DNA of 64,000 nucleotides, from NCBI GenBank assembly GCA_963514005.1, contig OY740795.1, positions 372,001 through 436,000 of the forward strand, written 5' to 3'. The notes under the pieces were generated by a model. The model ran no database searches. It was not told the DNA's origin and worked only from the letters and a program-made list of their open reading frames with translations. The stretch's first letter is position 1; the number at the start of each line of letters is the position of its first letter. Shown here in pieces: positions 51,333 to 63,119 of the stretch. This DNA is from Raja brachyura. Its lineage: Eukaryota. The position numbers and the translations under genes are program-made.

Positions 51333-51820
51333 TATATAACCATATAACCATATAACAATTACAGCACGGAAACAGGCCATCTCGGCCCTTCATGTCCGTG
51401 CCGAACAACCTGTTTCCCTTAGTCCCACCTGCCTGCACTCATACCATAACCCTCCATACCCTTCTCATCCATATGCCTATCCAATTTATTTTTAAATGAT
51501 ACCAACGAACCTGCCGCCACCACTTCCACTGGAAGCTCATTCCACACCGCTACCACTCTCTGAGTAAAGAAGTTCCCCCTCATGTTACCCCTAAACTTCT
51601 GTCCCTTAATTCTAAAGTCATGTCCTCTTGTTTGAATCTTCCCTATTCTCAAAGGGAAAAGCTTGTCCACATCAACTCTGTCTATCCCTCTCATCATTTT
51701 AAAGACCTCTATCAAGTCCCCCCCCCTTAACCTTCTGCGCTCCAGAGAATAAAGACCTAACTTATTCAACCTATCTCTGTAACTTAGCTGTTGAAACCCA
51801 GGCAACATTCGAGTAAATCT
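51333..51820 (-). mobile_element. CR1 3' fragment nested in L1
   Basis: ORF 51419-51808; (catataac)n tail; same family as 44352-48670. Confidence 0.85.
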
Positions 51821-52459
51821 AGTTATCTCCGTTATTATTCGCCCTAGCTATTGAACCACAGGCAGAATGTGTTAGAGTCTACCCTGAAATATATGGATAT
51901 AATACTAAAAATACAGTCAATACAATTTCTTTGTGCGCATATGATGTATTTCTATACACTACAAATCCAGAAACCAGCATTCCAAACATGTTAAATCTTA
52001 TATCTCAATTTGGCTCATTTTCGGGATATAGAATTAATTGGGACAAAAGTGAAATTACTGTAGCTTTTTCAATGAATTCCGATATATCTCCCAATTAAAA
52101 AAAAAGAAGTTGATTCAATAGCCACAAGTTTTATTTGGGATAATAAGAACCAGAGAATAAGTAAAACACATTTATGTAAATCGAAGACGAATGGAGGATT
52201 AGTTTTACGAATTTATTTATTTTATTTTTGGGCAGCTAATATTAAAAATATTAAAAATATTAACTTCTGGTTGGAAGATATGCATCAGCAATCAGGTTGG
52301 TTGAAGATGGAAAAGGAAGATTGTTTACCTTTTGAAATTGGCTCGATTCTGTTAGCTCCCAAAAAACTGAATTAAAAAACCTATTGTGAAAATCCTCTAA
52401 TATATAGTGGAATACGAATTTGGAAACAATTAAAAAAGAATTTAAAATTAGATAATTTA

Positions 52460-53805
52460 GTCAATCAAAGTCAAGTCAAAAGAGTTTATTGTCATGTGTC
52501 CCTGACAGGACAATGAAAATCTTTCTTTGCATAGCACAACAGAACATAGAAGGCATTGACTACAATTCTATACATAAATACATCCATGACTTAATAAATT
52601 AATAAAGTGCAAATAGCAGATGGAGGGATATTAATGTTCAGAGTTCCGAGCCAAGTTTAATAGCCTGATGGCTGTGGGGAAGTAGCTATTCCTAAACCGG
52701 GTTATTGTCGTCTTCAGGCTCCTGTACCTTCTACCCGAAGGTAGCAGGGAGATGAGTGTGTGGCTAGGGTGGTGTGGGTCCTTGATGATGCTGCCAGCTT
52801 TTTGAGGCAGCGACTGTGATAAATCCCCTCGATGGAAGGAAGGTCAGAGCCGATGATGGACTGGGCAGTGTTTACTACTTTTTGGAGTATTTTCCTCTCC
52901 AGGGCGCTCAAGTTGCCGAACCAAGCCACGATGCAACCAGTCAGCAAGCTCTCTACTGTACACCTGTAGAAGTTAGAGAGAGTCCTCCTTGACAGACCAA
53001 CTCTCCGTAATCTTCTCGGGAAGTAGAGACGCTGATGAGCTTTCTTAATAATTGCAGCTGTGTTCTCGGACCAGGAAAGATCTTCACAGATGTGCACGCC
53101 CAGGAATTTGAAGCTCTTGACCCTTTCAACCATCGACCCGTTGATATGAACAGGACTGTGTGTCCCCATCCTGCTCCTTCCAAAGTCCACAATCAGTTCC
53201 TTGGTTTTGCTGGTGTTGAGGGCCAGGTTGTTGTGCTGGCACCATATGGACAGTCGCTCGATCTCTCTTCTATACTCGGACTCATCCCCATCAGTCATAC
53301 GTCCCACAACAGTGGTGTCGTCAGCGAACCTGATGATGGAGTTCGCGCTATGACCGGCTACGCAGTCATGAGTGTAGACTGAGTACAGCAGGGGGCTGCG
53401 CACGCAGCCCTGAGGTGCTCCCGTGCTGATTGTTATCGAGTCTGACACATTTCCACCAATACGAACAGACTGTGGTCTGTGGAGGAGGAAGTCGAGGATC
53501 CAATTGCAGAGGGATGCGCAAAGACCCAGTCTGCGAGTTTGGTAACCAGCTTGGAGGGGATGATTGTGTTAAATGCCGAGCTGTGGTCAATAAATAGCAG
53601 CCTGACATATGAGTTGTTGTTGTCCAAGTGGTCCAGAGCGGAGTGGAGGGCCAGCGAGATCGCGTCCACCGTTGATCTGTTGTGGCGGTAAGCGAACTGC
53701 AGTGGGTCCAGGTGTTTGTCGAGGTAGGAGTTGATTTGCGCCATGATCAAGCTCTCGAAGCACTTCATCACCACAGGCGTTAGTGCCACAGGTCGATAGT
53801 CATTT
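52460..53805 (-). mobile_element. Rex1/Babar-like LINE nested in L1
   Basis: [49 protein letters not shown]; (tcaag)-type tail at 52460-52480. Confidence 0.88.
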
Positions 53806-54613
53806 ATCACTCTTTCTCCCCATTGTAAATACTCCTTCATTTAAGCCCGCTGTGTTGGACAAAGATTTTGTACAATGGAAAAATTATGGAATTAAAAATG
53901 TGGGATATCTTTATAGAAAATGTCTTTATCTTTCATTTCAGGAGTTACAATAGAATTATGGACTACATTTAAATTTTTTTTTAGATATCAACGACTTATA
54001 GATTATGTTAAATTGCATACACAATAATATAGAACTAAAGAGCCAGAGACCCTTGATGAATGTTTGAATAAACATCCTAATACAGCTAAATTAATATTTC
54101 ACATTTATAATATCCTTTTTGATAGAGTGGTGCCGTCGACGGAATTATAAAGACAAGCATGGGACAATGAATTAGCTCAACCTATAATGAAAGATATTTG
54201 GGATGAAAGTGTACAACATATACATCAATGCTCGTTAAACGCCAGACATTCTTTAGTATGAATTTAAAGTACTAAATTAACTGCACTACTCTAAAACAAA
54301 ATTGAATAGAATGTTTCCAAATATCCCCCCCATCTGTGACCAATGTCAATATTCAGAAGCTAATTGAACTCATACTCATCTTCCTGCTACCTACAGTTTA
54401 ACGGGCTCACAGTCAGACACATTTTAGCAGCCAATCGGGTCCACAGGAGTGTCCGGGAAAGGAACAGCGGGGATAAAGATAAAGACCCCGACATAGCGAA
54501 CCGCAGATGATCGTCGTTTTACTTCTTGGAATCTGCACAAGTTTTACCATGCTCTGGGCCACAACGGTCGCATCTTTTGTTTATTACCGAAGGGTTACAT
54601 CCGTTCACATCAA

Positions 54614-56037
54614 ACTAGACAAAAATGCTGGAGAAACTCAGCGGGTGAGGCAGCATCAATGGAGCGAAGTAAATGGGCAACGTTTCCAAACCCTTCTTCA
54701 GACTGATGTGAGGGGGGCGGGGTTGAGAAGAAAGGAAGAGGTGGATCCAGTGGGCTGAGGGAGAGCTGAGAAGGGGAGGAGACAGTAGGGTCTACCTGAA
54801 ATTAGAGAAATCAATGTTCATACCGCTGGGGTGCAAACTGCCTAAGAGAAATATGAGGTGCTGCTCCTCCAATTTGCGATGGTCCTCACTCTGGCCATGG
54901 AGGAGGCCCAGGACAGAAACGTCGGATTCGGAATGGGAGGGTGAGTTAAATTGCTGAGCCACCAGGAGATCAGGTTGGCTGTTGCGAACTAAGCGGAGGT
55001 GTTCGGCGAAGCGATCACCAATCCTACGCTTGGTCCCACTAGATGTAGAACAGCTGAAATCTAGAGCAGTGGATGCAATATATGAGGGTGGAGGAGGTAC
55101 AGGTGAACCTATGCCGCAACTGGAAAGACTGCTTGAGTCCTTAAATTAAGTCAAGGTGGGAGGTAACGCGACAAGTGTAGCATTTCCTGCGGTTGCAAGG
55201 GAAACTGCCCGGAGAAGGGGTGGTTCGGGTGGGAAGAGAGGAATTGACCAGGGAGTTCCGGAGGGAGCGGTTTCTCCGGAAGGCAGAGAGGAGAGGAGAT
55301 GGGAAGATGTGGCAAGTGGTGGGTTCGTGTTGTAAGTGGCGGAAATGTCGGAGGTTATTTGTTGAATGTGACGGCTGGTACGGTGCAAGGTGAAGACACG
55401 GGAGACTCGGTCTTTGTTGCGAGTGGGGAGATGGGGAGTGAGAGCAAAGTTGCGGGGAACAGAAGGAACCCTGGCGAGAGCTTCATCTATAGTCGAAGAG
55501 GGGAACCCCCGTTCCCTGAAGAATGAGGACATCTCCGATGCCATGATTTGGAACACCTCATCATGGGTGCAGATGCGGCGTAGACGGAGGAGTTGCGGAG
55601 GGGATGGAGTCCTTACAGGAAGCAGGGTGGGAAGAAGTGAAGTCCAGATAGCCATGGGTGTCAGTGGGTTTATAGTGGTTGTCGGTCAGCTGTCTCCATC
55701 GCAGGTGACAGAGGGCCACTGTAAATTGGAGGAGCAGCAGCTCATAGTTCGCTTGGGCAGTTTGCACCCCAGCGATATGAACATTGACTTCTCTAATTTC
55801 AGGTAATCCCTGCTTTCTCTTCCCCTTCTCAGCTCTCTCTCAGCCATCAGACTCCACCTCTTCCTTTCTTCTTCCCCCCCCCCCCCCACCGCACCCTCAC
55901 AGCAGTCAGAAGAAGGCTTTCGACCCGAAACTTTGCCTATTTTCGTCGCTCCATAGATGCTGCCTCACCCGCTGCGTTTCTCCAGAATTGTTGTCTACCT
56001 TCGATTTTCCAGCATTTGCAGTTCCTTCTTAAACACT
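54614..56037 (-). mobile_element. Penelope-like element with inverted terminal repeats and 10-bp TSD
   Basis: RT C-terminal motif YKPTDTHGYLDFTSSHPASCKDSIP..LRLRRIC; 54616-54887 inverted at ~55710-55998; TSD ttcacatcaa at 54604-54613 and 56038-56047. Confidence 0.88.
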
Positions 56038-58999
56038 TTCACATCAAGGCGTGGATTAACCAACATTTCACTTTTGAGCGATTTGATGTCATGCTGTATC
56101 TGCTAAGCACCTGCACAATCACAGCCATTTACACCATGACCCAGCGGAAGTTCACAGAGCAACTGCTCCGCGCGTCATAATACCCATTTACCCATTTACT
56201 CTAATTGCAAATTAGGTAAACGTATGTACAGGTGAGATGCCTGTGTTATCAATTTGTTTTCCTGTACTTAGATCAGTTCTCTCAACGAAGACATTGTGTT
56301 GTCGATGCTAGACCCTGAATGGAGTTATCTCCACTGCAGATCTTCCTAGTTGCACAGCTGATCGAGTTGCTGCATCACAGCGCCAGAGATCTGCCTTCAC
56401 TCCTGACCGCTGGTGCCCTCTCGTTGGGGTTTCCACGTTCTCTTGAGTTCCCTCTTTGCTCCGGTGACCTCTATTTTTTCAAAGCATGCAGGTGCAGCAG
56501 GCTGTGAAGAAAGCGAATGGCATGGTGGCCTTTATAACAAGCGGAATCGAATCTAGGAACAAAGAGGTCCTTCTGCAGTTTACAGACCCCGAGTAAGACC
56601 ACAACTGGAGTTATGTGTGCAGTTTATGTCCGTGCATTTGAGGAAGGACATTCTTGCTATTGTGGGAGTGCAGCGTAGGTTTACACGGTTAATTTCCGGG
56701 ATGGCGGGAATGTCATATGCTGAGAGAATGGAAAAGCTGGGCTTGTACACCCCGGAGTTTAGAAGGATGAGAGGGGATCTCATTGAAACATATAAGATTG
56801 TTAAAAGCTTCGACACGCTGGAGGCAGGAAACATGTTCCCGATGTTGGGCGAGCCCAGAACCAGGTCCCTCAGTTTATGAATAAGAAGTAAGCCATTTAT
56901 AACGGAGACGAGGAAACACGTTTTCTCACAGAGTGGTGAGTCTGTGGAATTTCATTTCGGAGTCACGTGAGTGACTTCGTGAAGAACCCGCCGGCACGCA
57001 TGCGCGACATATCGTCGCAACGCATTGCTGCCGACGGCTGGAGGGGAGCGCGGCTCCCCACCAGCCCTTCAGAGTGCCGACTCAGGTAAGGCTAAGCCCC
57101 CTAGAGTTGGTGTTCCTGTTGGGGGGAGTGTGTTCTCTCCCTACAGGAACGTGGAAACCGTAACGGCCAGGATATCTGCAGGAGTCGCCGGCCAATTATC
57201 CCGGAGCCCTCCTCAAGGGCTGCACCTGCGAGTCGGGTCGGGAAATAGGCGTGGTAGTCGGGGAACCCTGTTGGTACAGGGCCCGACCCGCCGATACATC
57301 GGAGCTCCAGTGGGAGTTGGTGTTCCTGTTGTGGCGAGTGTGTTCTGTCCTCACAGGTACGTGGAAGCAGTAAGGGCCAGGACATCCGCAGTGCTGGTTC
57401 GAGGAGCAGGAGCTCCAGTGCTGATTCGAGGAGCAGGTAGACCCTGTCTCCGTATCGGGGTCGCCAACGGGCTCGTTGGTCGACTTGGGCTAGGGCTCGC
57501 GTGCTGCTGCACGGCCCTTCTCCCAGAGCCCTCAGAGAAGAGCGAGGGATGGAGCCCGGAAGCCTAACCCTTTAGGGGCAAAGGCGTCACCTGCCGCTAA
57601 ACTGCGGACTGGTGTCATGGCGGGACTCAAGTCCACTGGGAGACCAGTCAGGACCAGTGGACTCCCCAACCACCGAGGCCGGGACGGGTCATTTGGGAGG
57701 AGTCCCGCCACGGTCGCCGAGTCCCCCATGGATGGGAGGACGAGACCATGCGTCGGCAAGGTCCATGATGTGGGCAGCCGGCAAGCCCGCGCGGGCGTCG
57801 GGTCACCGTGCTGAGGCATTAGGTGCCGACTCTCCAACGCGTTTGCCCTCCGTGGCAGCGGGATCAAGCTCCGCCGAGGAGGCGTTTGAGCGTACCTCCC
57901 GCGCGGGAATCGCTCAGCTTTGCTGCGGCGGCTGGCAGCGACAACTCTCGGCACCGGGTTCACCTCGACGAGGTGCGGGCCGATGAACGGAGCCTCAGCA
58001 GTTCAGCAGAACATGAGGACTCCGTCCACCCGAGTTCTAAGGGCGAGGGGCGTATTGGCCAGGATGGAGCGGATGTTGGAGCTCCTCCTGCAACAGAATC
58101 AACGGGAGGAAGCATCCAGCTCCAGTGGGCACAGGGAGGTTTCACCATCGTCAGCAGGAGCCTGAGGCAGCCAGAGGATTGTCAGAGACATCGAGACTAC
58201 CCCTCAACCCCAAACTGGCCGCCACCGTGGAATTCCTGACCAACCATCAGCTCCAGGAGGAGGTCCTATCGGAGGCCATAAAACGGGCAGAAAGCCCAGC
58301 GAACTGCCACTCCCTTCAACGAGCCCATAGTCAATACGCCACGGTCGCCGAGTCCCCCATGGATGGGAGGACGAGACCATGCGTCGGCAAGGTCCATGAT
58401 GTGGGCAGCCGGCAAGCCCGCGCGGGCGTCGGGTCGCCGTGCTGAGGCATTGGGTGCCGACTCTCCACCGCGTTCGCCCTCCGTGGCAGCGGGATCAAGC
58501 TCCGCCGCGGAGGCGTTGAGCGTACCTCCCGCGCGGGAATCGCTCAGCTTTGCTGCGGCGGCTGGCAGCGACAACTCCCGGCACCGGGTTCACCTCGACG
58601 AGGTGCGGACCGATGAATGGAGCCTCAGCAGTTCAGCAGACCATGAGGACTCCGTCCGCTCGAGTTCTAAGGGCGAGGGGCGTATTGGCCAGGATGGGGC
58701 GGATGTTGGAGCTCCTCCTGCAACAGAATCAAAATTTTCGGGGAAGACCTCCCGAAGAGGGTCAAGGGGCGGGATGACCACGCTAAGACGGTGGGACTCA
58801 TGCGGTCACATATCTCGACCAGGCAGCAGGCCAGGGAGTGCTATTTTTCAGGCCACAAGGCCCTGCCGTTAGGCCAGCAAGGACCTACGCTCCAGCTCCG
58901 CCTCAATTTCAGCATCCAGCACCTCCACATCCGGCCATGCATATCAAGGGCCGCCGATAACCATGAAGGTAAGGTGGTCTGGATTTCATGCACCTGCAT

Positions 59000-60780
59000 G
59001 TTTAACCTCACATGTTGGTGGGAGACTACGGCTCTTTCCGGGGGCATGCGGTACCATCACGTCTGATGAGTTTACCTTACAAAGTATTCAAGGCCATGCG
59101 ATTGAATTCGTCAATGGTGACATCCCTCCATCCCAGCATATGCAGATCGGAAATTTACACTGTGCAGCAAGAGCGGCAGTAGGCTATGCTGAAAAATTTA
59201 CAGTCACAAGGAGGGATGGAGGATGTCGGGTTATTTTTGATTTGAACCATTTGAATACTTTTGTAGAATATACCCATTTCAAACTGGAAACGTTCCAGAC
59301 ATCTAACTTCTTGGGTTATGGGGGCTGCTTTGTGGCATGCATTGATTAAAAGATGCATGCTATTCAGTATCCATTCAGAAATACCACATGAAGTTCTTGC
59401 CATTGACCTGGATGGATCAGCTCTGGCTATACAGAGCTTTGCCAAATGGGCTTACACAACCCTAGATTATTTCTAAATTGCTCCAATCAATACTGGCTAC
59501 ACTAGGAGACAAAATCACATAGTGTTGCCCTATCTAGGTGATATCCTTATTTATTGGGAATCAGCCGAACTGGCAGTTTCAGCCACCGTGGAAATGTTTT
59601 CAGGGAATGGGGTTCATTATCCATCCAGATAAATCAACGTCCTGCCCTTCACGGGTTAAGGGTATCTGGGGTTACGGTGGATTCCAATCACGTGAGGGCC
59701 ACCATACCAACTAACTAGGTTGGCGATGTCACCCAACTATGGTAGGGTCTAGCCTGGGCCAGTATACCATCAATTCGACAAACTACTAAGGTGATTGGCA
59801 AGATTGTAGCTTTTTTCCAGCTGCTCAATACGGGCCTTTGCATTATCAAAATTTGCAGAGAGCCAAGGTCTCAGCGTTAAAACTGAACGCTAGACATTTC
59901 GATAGACCAATGCAGCTGCCTTTCAAGGCACAGATTGAGTTACAATGGAAGATTGACAATATTTATGTCTCTCTTAAACCCATCATTTTGGCCAATCCGA
60001 TGGTATACTTACAAACAGACGCAAGCTCCCATGTCTGGGCAGCTACGGACAACTGCTCCAGTTGTGAGGGCAGATGGGACACCCTTGAATCTACCCTGTT
60101 GTTGTCACAAGGGATAAACTATTTGGAGACGCTGGGAGCATTTCACGGACTTCGAGCTTATTGTTCTAGCCTTACTGATGCTCATGTCCGTCTCCAAATA
60201 AATAATACCACTGCGGTGGCATATCTAAACCATATGGGCGGTACCAGGTCACTTTCATGTGATCAATTGGCAAATACAATTTGGCTCTGGTGTGTTCGAC
60301 GGAATATTTGGATTTCAGCTACTTGTTTCCCAGGTGAGCTCTATACAGTGGCTGACACCAGGTCACGCAAATTCTATGCCAACATCGAGTGGATGATGAA
60401 TCTCCAAATATCCGCTAAAATTACTGCCAAATTTGGTGAACCGGATATCGACCTCTTTGCGTCACGGTTGAACCATTAGGTACCAACATACGTTCGTGGG
60501 AACCCGACCCTGGGGCAATGGCGATGGATGCGTCTCGCTGGACTGGGGGAAATGGGTTTCTATGCATTTCCTCCATTTTGCCTCATCAGTCGGGTGTTGC
60601 GGGTAATCCAGACAGATGCTGCTAAGGGCATTCTTACCATACCCGACTGGCCTACGCAGCCATGGTATCCGGAGGTCCTTGATATGATCAGTCAACCTTG
60701 GGTCCTCTTAGAGGATTACCCATAATTGGTACAAACCCTGTGTCAGGGGGACCACATCCCTGCCACAGTCATCTAAACTT
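59000..60780 (+). pseudogene. DIRS pol: RT, RNase H and DAM-like methyltransferase domain
   Basis: GGCRVIFDLNHLN, ID*KDA, YRALPNGL, YLGDIL; LQTDAS, INYLE, NNTTAVAYLNHMGG; DIDLFASRLN, YAFPPF, PDWPTQPWYP. Confidence 0.88.
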
Positions 60781-60786
60781 GTTGGC

Positions 60787-61750
60787 TTGGAGATCCTGCA
60801 CAGGCATTCACTGCGGTATGGCCTATCATCTAGAACCATGGATACCATCGGAGCGTCATGCTGGGAGTTCACCAGGCGGCAATACCTCTTTCACATCCGG
60901 AAATGGGAAACCTACTGCGGCCGCTCCCATATTACATACGACGCTGTAACCATAACCGACGTATTGGAATTCTGACGGGGTTGCATCATCATGAACACCT
61001 GAGCTACAGTGCCATCAACAGCGCCTCGGGTGCGCTGTCATTCTACCTCAATATTAAGGTAGGATCCAACAGGCTGGTGTCCAGACTCATGCGGGGAATA
61101 TTCAATTCGAATCCGCCCAGACCACGCTATAATATTACCTGGGATATCGGGGAAATACTCACCCTGCTCAGGACGTGGTCACCCATGGAGGGCCTGGACC
61201 TGGACAAACTCACCCTGAAGCTGGTGATGTTACTGGCACTGACTTCAGCACAGAGGGTACAGACACTCCGCAAAATCCGGATCGACAGGATGATCTCTAC
61301 CCCTGCAGAAGTAGTATTCGTCATAGACGAGCTACACAAGCAGCATAGACCTGGGTGCACAGGGCTGCAGCTGAAGTTCCTGGCATACCCCGCTGATGCA
61401 CGGCTATGTTTAGCCGCCCATATCCGTCACTATGTGAAAGTGACGAGAAAACTGAAGGAATGGAAAAACCTCACCATAGAGTGACGGTCCAGGCGATATC
61501 CAGGTGGCTCAGGATCGTCTTGGGTAAGTCACGTGTTGACACTAATATCTTCAAATCCCATTCCACCAGGGCATGCATCAACGTCGGCGGCAAGGGTCAT
61601 GGAGGTGCCCATGGACCATATTCTTGCCACAGTAGGATGGCGAACGAAGCCACCTTCCAGCGGTTCTACAATACATCTGTTGCCGCTCCTCTACAGTTCG
61701 CGGAGGCCGTGCTGAATGCAGGTCAAGAACGTGGAGATGTCCCCGAATAA
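60787..61750 (+). pseudogene. DIRS tyrosine recombinase
   Basis: LTLKLVMLLALTSAQRVQTL (catalytic R), KSHSTR (HxxR), ILATVGW, TFQRFY; frameshifted. Confidence 0.88.
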
Positions 61751-63119
61751 GGGGATTTTCTTTTGTTGTTAACAAATGTTGCTCTTGTTTTTCAGTCCAA
61801 GCAGTCTGGAAAGTTGATTACTTCTATCCATCCTCATAAGTGGTGTGTGACAGCATGGACATGGTCCAGGGCGTGGAATAACAGAGCTTTGAAGTCTTCA
61901 CGAAGTCACTCACGTGACTCCGAGATGAAATAGTAAGATTGAACGAGAACTTACCAGTTCGAAGGTTGATCTTTATTTCATGAGGAGTTGCGGTGAGGGA
62001 TTTCGTGCCCTCCGCTCCCAACCCTCAATCATACTCAACTGGTAATTAGAGTCTCTTCAATCTTACTATGCCAAGTCATTTCTGTTGTTGTTTTCTGTGA
62101 TTCCACACCGCTACTTTGAAGAATGTCGCGCATGCGTGCCGGCGGGTTCTTCACGAAATCCCTCATCGCAACTCCTCATGAAATAAAGATCAACCTTCGA
62201 ACTGGTAAGTTCTCGTTCAATCTTACGAGTCTCTGCCTCAGGGGGCGGTGGACGCAGGTTCACTGGATGCTTTCAAAAGAGAACTGGGTAGGGCTCTTAA
62301 AAATATGTTTCCATGTTAGCATCGAATTTAAAGTTAATTGAATTTAAAGTAGAACGAGTTGATAAATCAGTCAAAATACAGAAAAGAGCGAACGCCTTTT
62401 GCGACTTATTTTATTAACGCAAGAAAAGCGTGAATATGATGCTTGAAATACATCTTGAAGTGTGGCGCAGATGGTAGAGCTGCTGCCTCACAGTCCCGGA
62501 ATCTGGGTTGGATGGTGACGTCCAGACTGTATGTCTAGACTGTTTACTTCTTCCCTGTGTCCGCGTGCGTTTCTTCATGATCATCTGATTAACCCCCACA
62601 TACCCAAGATGTGCGAGTTAGTAGGTTAATTGGCCACGGCAAATTTGCTCTTACCATATAGGAAGCAGAATAGAATGCGGAGTAAGGGGGGACCAGTGTG
62701 AATGGGCGATGAATGGGTCGGCGTGGACTCGGTCGGCCCAAATACTTATTTCCACGTTGTACCTCCACACTGAATACCGAACGTTCGCCGGTTACCTATA
62801 ATTAGTTCTATGTTGAAAGATGTATCCGGTGAGACTACACAGTGAACTCTAAACCACAATGCAGCAGGTCAGAAAACGTGGGGAACGTACGCAGCGCATC
62901 ATGCCATAATATACGTTGACTGAGTGTGTGATAGAATGCGCAGACACACCCACGTTTGTACGCGCATATATCACAGATAAAACATGATGCGCCTACCAGA
63001 TCGTGTTCGGGACTCGCGAATGCTCCCATCGGATAGTCACCAGATTTGTCCCCGTGACGCAGTCAATGCGATCTGTTGAAATCGGGGCCTGCGATAATAC
63101 ATAGGCAATTTGGAAAACA

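Larger units (their letters stand above)
50660..54375 (+). mobile_element. Degenerate L1-clade ORF2 fragment inserted in the GPCR exon
   Basis: SIRSLKNG.., AIALLNTDQKILTKMLAHRL..QTGF..NLRRL..AVISLNAEKAFDQV; C-terminal PICDQCQ..ANxTH zinc-knuckle remnant near 54330-54375. Confidence 0.8.
49998..56204 (+). pseudogene. GPR139-like class A GPCR pseudogene, main coding exon in four pieces (49998-50017, 50268-~50660, ~54376-54613, 56048-56204)
   Basis: Acceptor ttcccag|. Reassembled peptide with frameshifts and stops: (V)NLMSIA / LSGRKCGLSK-CITCCLLAMATADF..VCRLILFLTHLAIDCSIWFTVAFTF-DRFVAI..KLKTRYCTVKT..KNVPWQF / FNGLTVRHILAANRV..DPDIANRR-IVVLLLGICTSFTMLWAT..FVYYR / MLYLLSTCTITAIYTMTQRKFTEQL..YPF. 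Family assigned from recalled motifs. Confidence 0.85.
56949..62230 (+). mobile_element. DIRS1-type tyrosine-recombinase retrotransposon, structurally complete, coding regions decayed
   Basis: Left terminus 56950-57010. Right ITR 62123-62157 is the reverse complement of 56976-57010. ICR 61895-62007 is complementary to both ends. RT, RNase H, methyltransferase-like and YR motifs follow in order. Confidence 0.93.
56481..62302 (+). mobile_element. CR1 3' fragment split by the DIRS element (56481-56948 and 62231-62302)
   Basis: RT C-terminus up to tctgtggaatt, resuming at ctctgcctcagggggcggtgg. Confidence 0.8.

Noticed and set aside
54507-54758. ORF MIVVLLLGICTSF... as a signal-peptide exon
   Set aside because: It is TM6 of the GPR139-like pseudogene, reading on into the Penelope element.
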